This document shows, piece after piece, positions 1 through 9,938 of a stretch of 64,000 bases of DNA. The stretch's first letter is position 1. Each line of letters opens with the position of its first letter. Location of the stretch: the NCBI GenBank assembly GCA_014905635.1, contig JABVCE010000002.1:868001-932000 (forward strand), read 5' to 3'. The stretch is from Scenedesmus sp. PABB004 (taxonomy: Eukaryota). The translations under genes were made by a program, and so were the position numbers. The notes beneath the pieces are model-generated. The model made no database searches and was not told the origin of the DNA. It saw only the letters and a program-made list of their open reading frames with translations.

Positions 1-434
1 CGCCGCTCGCGGGCACGGCCAGCTGGTTCATCGCCGCGCACAGCGCCTCCAGGCTGGGCGCCTCGCCGCCCGCGTCCGCCGCGACGCCGCCGGCGGACCA
101 GGCCGACGGCCCCGCCGGGATGACCGCGACCGTCGCGCCGCGCAGCCCGGGGCGGAGCATGACCACGCCGTGCGGGCCCGCATACCCCGGCGCCGCGGGG
201 GCCGCGCCCATCGGCTGATAGCCCAGCATCACAGCCTGCTGCCCGCCGCCGCCGCCGTACAGCGCGCCGGGCGGCGGCGCCGGCGCGTAGCCGGCCGGCG
301 CGAAGGCGTACCCGCCGCCGCCGCCGCCGCTGCCGGGGTCGCCCGCGAGCGCCCAGTGCCGCGGGTCGCCCGGGCCGCCGTCGGAGCCGCGCGGCTGCTG
401 CAGCGCCACAAACTGCACGCCGCCGCTGCTGCCC

Positions 435-472
<38 letters not shown>

Positions 473-1340
473 GCCGTAGCCCGCCACGCCCTGGCCCGCC
501 TGGCTGTAGCTGGGCCCCGCGACGCCCGGCGCGCCGTAGCCCGGCGCGCCGCCGCCCGGCACGAGGCCGCCCGGGTGGTGGTGCGCGTGCTGCGGGCCGC
601 GGCCGGCGGCGGCGCCGCCGCCGGGCTTGTGCGTCGGCTGGGTGCGCTGCAGGCCCTGCGGCAGCTCGCGCAGCTCGTCCTCGTTGTGTGCAAAGAAGCA
701 GACCGGCCGGTTGCACGCGGCGCCGCGCTCGCACAGGAACGTCTTGTAGCGGTCGGGGTGCAGCCAGAACTCAAACGTGCTGTGGCTGCAGTTGCAGTTC
801 TCCAGGCGCGGGCAGATCTTCTTCTGCGAGGGGGCGACCCCGGCCCCAGCCGCGGCGGCGGCGGCGGCGGCGGCTTAGAGCGCGCGCGCGCGCCAGCCGG
901 GGGGCGCGCCGCGCGCCGGCAGCGGCACGGCCACGCACCGCACGCGCCTCTGGGCAGGGCAGCGCCTGGTAGAGCGAGGGGTGGCGCCGCCGCGCGAGCT
1001 CGCCCGGGTGCGCGTACGGGCACTTCTCGCGGTCGTGCTTGTCCACGCGCCGGCACATCTCGACCTGCGCGCGCGGCGGGCGCGGCGGGCGCGGGCGCCG
1101 CGGCGCGCTGGGCCGCGCCGCCGCGCTGCCGCGCCGCGCCGCCGCGCCGCGCTGCCGCGCCGCGCAGCTGCCGCTGCCGCCGCGCCGTGCCGCGCGCGCG
1201 GGCGCAGCGGTGCGGCGCGCCTTGAACACAAACATCATGAACTCGTCGGTGAAGCGCTGCACGCCGCCGGGGCCCTCGCCGGGCTCGCCCCCGGCGCCCG
1301 GCGCGGGCGCCGGCGCGCCGCCGTCGGGCGGCGGCTCCAT
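1..1340 (-). CDS. Tandem CCCH zinc-finger protein (plant RR-TZF type); 3' end runs off the window
   Basis: ATG at 1340. The spliced product reads FTDEFMMFVFK|VEMCRRVDKHDREKCPYAHPGELARRRHP...CPEARA|KKICPRLENCNCSHSTFEFWLHPDRYKTFLCERGAACNRPVCFFAHN, followed by a low-complexity Gln/Pro/Gly tail. Intron 1 has a GC donor at 1220. Confidence 0.9.
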
Positions 1341-2094
1341 CGCCCGCGGGCGCCGCCGCCGGAGCGCGGCGCGGGCTCAGCCGCGGGCGGCCGTGCGGCC
1401 TGGCGCGTCCGGGCGGCGGGGCGGGTGCGCGGGGTCACGCCGAGAGCGGGAGCCGCGGGGCGGGCTGCGACAGCGTCATCCGGCGCCTTGCGGCCCGCGG
1501 CCGCCCGCAGCGGCCCGCGCCGCACCCGTCCGGCGCGCCGACGCCGAGATCTTCGCGCACGACCCCGCTCTCGGGGGCGGGCCGCCCGCGCGCCTCATCG
1601 GCGGCCTGGGCGCCCGCGACTGCTGCTGCCCGCGGGCCAGGGCGCGGCGCGGCCCGGCGGCCACCGACGGTGGCGCACACGCAGCGACGCCCAGGCCTCA
1701 GGCGCGACGGCGCTGCGTTTGGGCTGCGAGCTTTCGCGGCGAGCTGTCGCTAACGAGCACAAGGAGGGGCGCAGCGGCTAAGGCGTGGCGCTGGGACCGA
1801 TCAACTCCAACCAATGGACCCGCCGGGCGTGGGCGCAGCCGCACGAGGGGCTGCGCGGCGCCGCCGTCAGAGCGTCACTGGCGTCTGCGAGCAGTGGGAG
1901 TTGGGAACCCCCCACACACGCCCGAGCCGCCCGATCACGCTGCGAGGGCACTCCCTGTCGCTGCAGAGCACGCACGGCGCCGCGCCGCCGCCGGCGCTGC
2001 CGCCCAACCGCCTGCGGGGCCGAGCCACGCGCGCAGCCGGCCAGGCATCAGGCGGGGGATCAGACAATCCAGCCAGGCATCAGGCAGGGTGGCG

Positions 2095-3153
2095 ATGGCC
2101 CGCGGCAAGGCCAGCGACAGCGCCGCAGCGGCGGCGGCGCCGCCGCTGCCAGCGGCGGTGCCGCCGCTGCCGGCGGCGGTGCCGCCGCTGCCTGGGCCGA
2201 CGAGGCTGCCCCGCGCCTTCACCGCGGCGCGCTGGTCCTTCTTCTGCGCCACGGTGCGCCTCCGCGCACGGGGAGCCCGGCGTTCGCGCCGCCGGGCTCG
2301 TGAACTCACCGCCAGGCCCGGGCGCGCTGCGCCGCGGCAGGTCGCGCTGGCGATCGGGGCTCTCGCGCTCATCGACCAGCGGCTGATGGGCCTGCCGTTC
2401 ACGTACGATGGGCCGAACGCGAAGTTCGCTGGGCGCCACGTCACGATCGCCTGGTGCCTGCTCTCGCCGTCGCTCGCGGGCGAGTCGGTCGACTCGCGCT
2501 GCGGGTTCAGCCTGGCGGCGGCCGCCGTCAGCCTCGCCCTCAGCCTCGTCTGGTCGTACGTCCAGGTGCGGCGGCGCGGGCCGCCCACGCAGCCGGGCGC
2601 CGCGCAGGCAGCCGTGGCACGGCCGCGGGGCGCGCGCTCCCGCCTGCAGCCGTGTCGCACGCGCGAGCACGCGCGCCGACGGCGCGCGCGCGGGCGGCGC
2701 CAGGTGCTGCGGCGCAACCCGTTCAAGCACAAGCGGGCGCGCCTCGCCGACCTCGCACTCGCGGTCTTGGGCTGTGTCTGGTGGGCGGTCGTGGCGGCGC
2801 TGCTGTGCGTCTGGACCGACCGCGCAAACCGCGGCGGCGTCATGCGCGCGTCGTGGCGCAACGGGCTGTGCTGCATCGCGTGGGCGGCGTGGCTCGCGTT
2901 TGTCGGCCTCGCCGCCACCAGCGCGCTGCTCGTCTCGGCCAAGAGCCAGGGGCTCTTCGACAAGTGGGCTGCGCGGTCGCAGGCGGCCAAGGCGGCCAAG
3001 GCCCAGGAGCGCGAGCGCGCCAAGGCCGCCAAGATGCAGGCGGACGCCGCGGCAGCAGAGGCCGCGGCCGCCGCCGCGGCCGCGGCCGCGCGCACGCCGC
3101 CGGGCGCGGGCGACGACAACCCATTCCGGCAGGGCGGCGCGGACGCTGCGTGA
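2095..3153 (+). CDS. Four-TM membrane protein, MARVEL/CASP-like
   Basis: ATG 2095 to TGA 3153. Four hydrophobic helices (VALAIGALALI, FSLAAAAVSLALSLVW, LALAVLGCVWWAVVAALLCVW, LCCIAWAAWLAFVGL) and a C-terminal NPF motif. Two GT-AG introns are read through in frame. Confidence 0.7.
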   Translation: MARGKASDSAAAAAAPPLPAAVPPLPAAVPPLPGPTRLPRAFTAARWSFFCATVRLRARGARRSRRRARELTARPGRAAPRQVALAIGALALIDQRLMGLPFTYDGPNAKFAGRHVTIAWCLLSPSLAGESVDSRCGFSLAAAAVSLALSLVWSYVQVRRRGPPTQPGAAQAAVARPRGARSRLQPCRTREHARRRRARGRRQVLRRNPFKHKRARLADLALAVLGCVWWAVVAALLCVWTDRANRGGVMRASWRNGLCCIAWAAWLAFVGLAATSALLVSAKSQGLFDKWAARSQAAKAAKAQERERAKAAKMQADAAAAEAAAAAAAAAARTPPGAGDDNPFRQGGADAA

Positions 3154-3287
3154 CGGGGCGGCATGGGAGCCGGGGCCTCGTGTGGTCACCGCGCGCTGCC
3201 TCGGACGCCCCACAGTTGACTGCGGCACGACACGCGGCCGCCCTGCAGCTGCAGCAGAGGCAGCTGCCTCTCGCGATCGGCGCTGCG

Positions 3288-4171
3288 TTACAGCACGATC
3301 AGCTGCGCCCGCCCGGCGCCGTCGCACGCGCCGCAGGGCTTCCAGCCCAGGCCCGCGCACGCCTGGCACTTGAGCCCCCGCGAGCCGGCGACCTCGAGGC
3401 CCAGGCCTTGAATCTCGCTCATCGGCAGCCACCCCGCCGCCCACGCCCCGCGGCTGCGGAGGGCCTGCGCGTTCACCCAGAGCTGCGCGCCCGCCTCGCA
3501 CGACGCCTGCAGCAGCAGGAACACGTGCGGTCCCAGCTTGCGCTGCGCTACGACGCGAAAGTGCCGCCAGCCCAGCGTCGCGGACATTGCGGTCCACTTT
3601 GAGCCTGCGCGGCGGCGGCGCGCGGTGAGCCGGCGGCCGCCAGCGGCGACCGACGGCCCGCGCGCGCCCCGCCGCTGCAGGGCGGCGCACCCTGCACGCG
3701 CTGCAGCTGCAGCGGGTTGCGTCGGTTGTAGCCGCCTCGCTTCAGGAAGCCGCGCCCGTCGCACTCGCGGCAGGCCTGCCGGCCTCGCCCCCCGCACGCT
3801 GCGCAGCTCGCCAGCCGCGCCTGCACGCGCTCCGCCGCCTCGGCCGCCGGCTCGCCGGCGGGGGCTGCTGCTGCCGCCTCGCTCGCGCCGGCCGTCGCCG
3901 CCCGCGGCGCCGCCGGCGGCCCGCGCAGCTGCGCGCGTGGCGCGGCCGCCGCCGCCGGTCGCTGCCCCAGGCCCCCGGTGGCCTGCATGCGGGTGGCGGG
4001 CGCTTGGGCGCCGCCTGGCGGCGACCGGCGGCGGACCGCGGCGGCGAGCAGCGGCGGCGGCGGCGAGCAGCGGCGGAGAGCAGCGGCGGCGGCGAGCAGG
4101 ATCGGCGCGAGGGCGTGACGCGGGCGGCGTGACGCGGGCGTTGAGCGCAGCCGTCGTAGCAGTGTGCGCAT
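3288..4171 (-). CDS. DnaJ-type zinc-finger protein with inserted Trp-rich (TIGR02450/DUF2389-like) domain, probably organelle-targeted
   Basis: Arg/Ala/Pro-rich N-terminus. Four CxxCxGxG motifs (CAACGGRG, CRECDGRG, CQACAGLG, CGACDGAG) flank GSKWTAM..GWRHFRV..LWVNAQALRSRGAWAAGW. One intron at about 3605-3690. Confidence 0.75.
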
Positions 4172-4271
4172 TGACAAAATCGCAGTTAGGAGCAGCGGCG
4201 CCGCAGAAACGCTCGTCGCGACGAGCCGGAGCTTCCGCCCCTCCCGCCCCTCCGCACAACACGCCACCTCG

Positions 4272-6306
4272 ATGCCGTCGCTGCTGGGCGCGGCGCACGA
4301 GCGCGCGGCGCGGCGCCTCGCCGCGCGCGCCGGCGCCGGCGTGGCCGCCGCGCTGGCGGCCGCTGCGGCGGCTGGCGCGGTGGCGGCGGCGGCCGCCGGC
4401 ACGTGGCTGCCCCGGCCCCCGCTGTGGGCGGCCGCCGCGGCGTGCGCCGCCGCCGAGGCGCTCTTCGCGGCTGCCTGGGCGCGGCGGCGCCGGCGCGCGT
4501 GCGCCGCGCTCGCCGCGCGGACGCCCGCCGACCGCCGCCCGCGCGCCCCGCACGACCCGGTCGCTGCGTTTGACCGCGTGCTCGCGCACCTGCGCGCCAC
4601 GGGCACGGGTGTGGACAGCTTTGTGAGTGGCTGGTTCCGCGGCGCTAAGCTGCGCGAGGTGAGGCGGGACAACGCCGCCGAGCTCCACGCCCGCCGAGGT
4701 CGCCGCCGAGGGCCGCGGCGCCGAGCTGGAGGCGGTCGTGTCGCGGCTCGAGGGTCAGCTGGCGGCGTGCGGGGCGGGGCTCGAGCCGGGCCGCAACGCG
4801 CGCGTGAGCCGCATGTGCCTGCTCAGCGACCCGCCGACGCGGCGCGCGTGGTGGCAGCCGCTCGCCTTTTACGCCGCCATGGAGGCCGCTGCCGCGCTGT
4901 GCGCGCTGGCGCTGTGTGCAGCGGGCTTCCGCCGCGGGCGCGCGGGGCGCCTCACATACTATGTGTGCGGCTGGCGCCGGCCGACGCCTGGCGCCGGCGC
5001 GCGCGGCGTGGGCGGCGAGCGAGACAGGGGGGAGCTCGGCAGCCCGCCCGGCGGCGCCGGCGACGTGCCGCTCGTGCTGCTCCACGGCATCGGCACCGGC
5101 CTGCTCCCCTATTTCTCGCTGCTCGCCAACCTTGCGGCCACGGGTGCGCGCGGCGGGGGGCGCGTGCCGCGTGGCGCCTGGCCAGCGTTCGCGCAAGCGT
5201 GCCGCCGCCGCGCACGCGCCCAGCGGCGCGCCTGCCCGCCACGCGCGCGCGCAGGGCGGCCCGTGATCGCCGTCGAGCTGCGGCACGTGGCCATGCGCTG
5301 GGGGCGCTGGGTGCCCACCACGGACGAGGTCGCCGCCGCGGTCACCGCGGTGCTGCGCGGCGAGGGCGTGGCGCGCTGCGCGCTCGTGGCGCACAGCTAC
5401 GGCACGTGCGTCGCAGCGCAGCTGCTGCACCGCCGCGTGCCGGGGCTGGGCGGCGGCGTGGAGGTCGTGGCCAGCGCGCTCATCGACCCAGTCTGCTTCG
5501 CCATGGTGCGCCGCCGGCCCGCCGCCGCGCCGCCGGCCGCCGCGCGCAGCGGCCGCGGCCGCGGCGGCCGCGCCCTGTCATGCCCCTGCCCTGCCTGCCA
5601 TGCCCCTGCCCTGCCTCTGCCGCGCCCTACTCCCCCAGTTCACCCCCAAGCTCCTCCGAGGCTTCTTCTACGAGCGCCCCAACTCGGGCAGCGCCATCGG
5701 CGACTTTGCGATGCTTTGCGCCGGCCGCGAGCTGCGCGTCACCGCGGCGCTGAGCCGGCTCTGCTGGTCCGACGTCAACCTGTGGGAGGACGAGCTGCCG
5801 CCAGGCGTCCTCGTGGCGCTCGCGGGCCGCGACGCGCTCGTCGCGGCGGACAAGGTGTGCGCGGGCGGGGCGGCGCGCGGGGCCGGCCGGCGGCCGCGCA
5901 CGCGCCGCCGCGCTCCCGCCCACCCGTGCTGCCGCGGCGCCCCCTCGCCGCCTGGGCCGCGCGCCCGCGCCAGGTGCGCGACTGGCTGCAGGCGCGCACG
6001 TCGGCAGTCGTCATGTTCCACCCGGACCTGCTGCACGCCGGCTGCCTGTTCGACCTGCACTGGCAGCAGGCGGTCCTCGGCCGGCTGCTCAGCATGCTGG
6101 ACGCGCGGCTCGCGGGCGGGCACGGCGCGGCGCCGCGGCGCGACCTGGCGCGGGCGGAGCTGGAGCAGCCGCGCGGCGGCAGCCCCAAGTACGCCCCGCG
6201 CCCGCTGCAGTGCGGCGGCCTCGCCGGCGACGCACCGCGGCCCAGCTTTGAGCTCATGGCGGTGGCCGCCGGCGTCGGCGGCATCGGCTCTGATGCGAGG
6301 GCGTGA
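4272..6306 (+). CDS. Alpha/beta-hydrolase fold protein
   Basis: Motifs PLVLLHGIGTG, nucleophile elbow AHSYGT, LIDPVCF, GRDALV and LLHAG, with GT-AG introns. There is an apparent frame break near 4685. Confidence 0.8.
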
Positions 6307-6787
6307 CGGTTGACCTGCCGGCGCCGCCTCGTCCATGTGTCTGCCAGCAGCAGGCTGTGCACTGTTTTTTTGAGTGCCCGAGGAGTGCAAGGGGTGTGAG
6401 CGTTGAGCTCGACGAGGAGCGAGCGAGTCACGGGCAGCGAGCCGCATCGCGCGCCGCCGGTCGGTCGGTCAATCGGTTCATCTGCGCGCAGGCCGCGCAC
6501 CGCTTCGGCTGGGATCCCTGAGGGCTCTTGCCTTTACGTGCACTGCACTTTTCACTTGCTTCTTTCTCGCTCGCTCGGACGTCTTGGCGTTGAAACTCTG
6601 CGGCGCGCGCACGCCCGCCTCGCCGACGCAGCCGTGGCTGATCTGCCTGATCGCCTCAAGAGCAGCAGCACGCGCACAGACGCTTCGCCCACGCGCAGGC
6701 ACACGCTCGCGCGCCTGCGCCGCCCGCCGTGCGAGCGCCGCGTGGTGCACCACACGCTCGAGCGCTCCCGCGCAGTCGCGGGGCGCC

Positions 6788-8473
6788 ATGCAGCTGCGCC
6801 GCGCGCCCCTGGCCGCTGCGACGCCGTGCACGCGGCGCGCCTGCGTCGCGGCCAGGGCGCGGGGCGGCCGAGCGCCAGCAGCGGCGGCGGCGAGCGGCGT
6901 TGCGGAGCCCGCTGCGGCAGCGCCCAGCCCATCCCCCTCGCCCCCCTCCCCCGCGGAGTCGGCGGCTGTCTTCCTCCGCCAGGAGCTGGGCCAGCTCTTT
7001 GAGACTGGCGTGAGCGCCGGGCTGGCGCGCTGCCCGGCCCGCGCTCCCGCCGCCGCCGCCGCCGCCGCCGCTGCCGCCGCCGCCAACGCCGCCAACGCCC
7101 CCGCCCGCCCCCCCATCCGCAGGAGGTGACGCGCTCGCGCTACGCAGACGAGTGAGCGTCCGGCCCGCGCGCGCAGCGCAGCGCCGCGCAGAGCAGCGCG
7201 TCACGCGCGCCGGGCCGCCCCCAGCTCACCCACGCGCGCACGCGGCCTCTAGGCTCGTGTTCGAGGACCCGGTGACACGCCTGCGGGGCCGCGACGCCTA
7301 CGGCGCCATGGTCAAGGCGCTGGCCACGCTGGCGCGCGTGACGCTGGAGCTGCACGACGTGCGCGTCGAGGGCGAGTGCGACGTCACGACGACCTGGACC
7401 ATGGCCCTCACGCCCCGCCTGCTGCCCTGGCGCCCGACGCTGCTCTTCAGCGGGCGCAGCTTCTACAAGGTCCGGCCGGCCGGCGCGGCGGGGGCCCCCC
7501 GCGGCCGCGCGGCGCCGCCCGCCCGCCCGCCCGCCCGCCCACGCAGCCGCGGGGCGCGCGCCCAGGTGGAGCCGGGCAGCGGGCTGATAACGTACCACCG
7601 CGACGTGTGGGACAGCGTGCCCGACAGCGCGTTCCCCTCGGCCGAGGCGGTCGGCGAGGTGATGCGCCAGCTGCTGCGCGTGGAACTTACGCCGGAGCTG
7701 GAGACCCCGTCGTACACGGTGCTGCGCGTGACGCGGGACTACGAGGTCCGCCGCTACGCGCCCTTCGTCGTCGCAGAGACGGCGCTGCCGCCCGGCGCGA
7801 GTGAGCGCGGCGGCATGGCGGCCGCCCGCGCCGGCGGCGCCCCGGGCCGCGCGCCGCCCACGCCCACGCCCACGCCCCGCCCGCGCCCGCGCGCCGTCCC
7901 GCCCGTGCCCGCGCTCGCGCGCCCAGCGGTGGCCAGCGGCAGTGGTTTCACCGAGCTGGCGGGCTACATCTTTGGCGGCAACGCCTCGGGGAGCGCATGG
8001 AGATGACCACGCCCGTGTTCACGCGGCGGGGCGCGGCGGGGGCGGCCGCGCGGGGGCCCGGCGAGGCGCGCGTGACCATGGAGTTCCCGATGGAGCGCAA
8101 GTTTGGTGCGCCGGCGCCGCGCCGCAGCGCCGCGGCGCGGCCGCCGGCGCCCCGCGCGCGGCGCGTGCCGACCCCGCCCCGCGTACGCGCGCGCGCGCGC
8201 GCAGACCTGTCGTCGCTGCCGGCGCCCACGAGCAGCTCGCGCGTCGCCGTGGGCGAGGTGCGCGGCTCGTACGTCGCGGCGGCGCGCTTCAGCGGCGTCC
8301 CCTTTGCGTGGGAGGTGGACGCCGCGGAGCGCCAGCTGCGCGCCGCGCTCGCGCGGGACGGCCTCGAGGCGGCGCCGGGCGTCTCGCTTGCGCGCTACAA
8401 CGAGCCGTTCGTCCTCCCGCCGCTGCGCCGGAACGAGGTGCTGATCGACCTGCCCTCCTTTGCCTGGCCCTAG
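6788..8473 (+). CDS. SOUL heme-binding protein with N-terminal NTF2-like (DUF2358-like) domain, probably plastid-targeted
   Basis: Transit-like N-terminus; LVFEDPVTRLRG; ELETPSYTVLR..YEVRRYAP; GFTELAGYIFGGN; MEMTTPV; LARYNEPFVLPPLRRNEVLI. There is a one-base frame break in the G run at about 7988. Confidence 0.9.
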
Positions 8474-8698
8474 CGCTAGGGCCTAGGGCCCATAGCGAGG
8501 TACCTCGCCACCGCGCGGCGCGGCGGCCGCCGTTGCAACAACACGGTTGTAAAGGGTTGCACGCCCCCAGGCACCCCCTCCCCCCAGCCACTCCCCGCGG
8601 CGCTTGCTCAGCGCCCCGCGCCCCGCGCCGCCGCCCGGCGTGCACGCAGCGATTGCAGTGCTGCCCGCCCCCCGCCGCGCTGCGTCCGCGGCCGCCGC

Positions 8699-9561
8699 TC
8701 AAAACTTCTCGTCCTGCGGGCGGCGGCGCGGCGGCGGCGCGCGCGGCCTGAGTGCCCAGCCAGCGCGCGGCGGCGGCGGCGCGAGGGCCCGGGCCCCCGC
8801 AGCGCGCCGCGCGCGCCGCCGCGCCGCGCGCCGCCGCCGCCGCGCCGCCGCGCCTGCCGCGTGAGGAAGTCGGGGTCGAGCCGGAACTTGCGCTCGAAGC
8901 GGGTCAGCCACGCGTCCAGCGCGCGCGTGGGGATGACGATCGCGTCGCCCCCGGGCGCCGCCGCCGCCGCCGCCGCCGCGCCGCCCGTCGTCGCAAAGGA
9001 CTCGAGGAAACGGAACAGGTCCAAGCCCACGCGGCGCCCGTACGCGAGCCGGTCTCCCACGCGGCTGCCCTCCTTGGCGGCGAGCGCGGCCAGCGGCTCC
9101 AGGCTCACGCCCAGCTGCACCGCGCCGGGCGCCGCCGGCGGCGCCGGCGCGCCGCCGGCGCCCTCGGGCCCCGGCAGCTGCAGCGGCATCGCCTCGCTTG
9201 GGTGGCCCGCGTGCACGGCGCCACGGTAGAGCCAGTCGCCGCCGGCAACGCGCAAGTAGAGGCCGAGCGCCTGGTCGGGCGGCAGCGCGCCGGGCGACGT
9301 GAGGAAGAGGGCGACCTCCCGCAGCGTCCAGTAGTCCGGCCGCACCAGCGCGCACACGTCCAGCACCTGCGGCGGGCGTGGCGCCGCCGCCGCGCGCGGC
9401 GGGCGTGGCCGGTGCCGCGCGCGGCGACGAGCGCACGCGGCGACCGCGCAGCAGCGGCGGCAGCGCAGAGCGCGCACCCAGTGTGTCGCGTCGACGGCGG
9501 TGAACGCGTCGGAGGGAATCGGGTAGGAGGCCCCGATGAACAAGACGCCAAAGGGAGCCAT
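8699..9561 (-). CDS. Hikeshi/OPI10 (DUF775) nuclear import carrier
   Basis: MAPFGVLF..VDATHW|VLD..EVALFL..WLYRGAVHAGHPS..QLGVSLEPL..DLFRFLESF..LDAWLTRFERKFRLDPDFLTRQ|DEKF*. The last intron has a GC donor at 8853. Confidence 0.88.
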
Positions 9562-9883
9562 CTGCTGCTGCTGCTGCCGCTCCCGCCCAGCGCCTGTGCC
9601 GCACGAACTGCCCGCCGCCTGTGCGCGTTCGACGAGCACTGGCACCACGAGCGCGTTGCGACACTCGAAGCGTTACAGCGGCGCTCGTGCGGGCGGCGGC
9701 GGGGCCGCCGCTGCTCGCGCAGCGCCGCGTCCGGCACACTTGCAAAATGGCCGCGTCCGACCGCAAACTGGCCAACACAGAGAGAGGAGGTCCACCAACG
9801 AAGCGCGACCGGGCGGTCGCTCTGTCACGACCGTGGTCCAGGGCTCGAGCGGCGTCTGCGGCAGAGGCGCGCCGCGCTCGGGC

Positions 9884-9890
9884 TCAGCGC

Positions 9891-9938
<48 letters not shown>

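Noticed and set aside
4675..4700. Frame break in the alpha/beta hydrolase
   Set aside because: No splice sites explain it. It is probably a small assembly deletion and cannot be called biological without reads.
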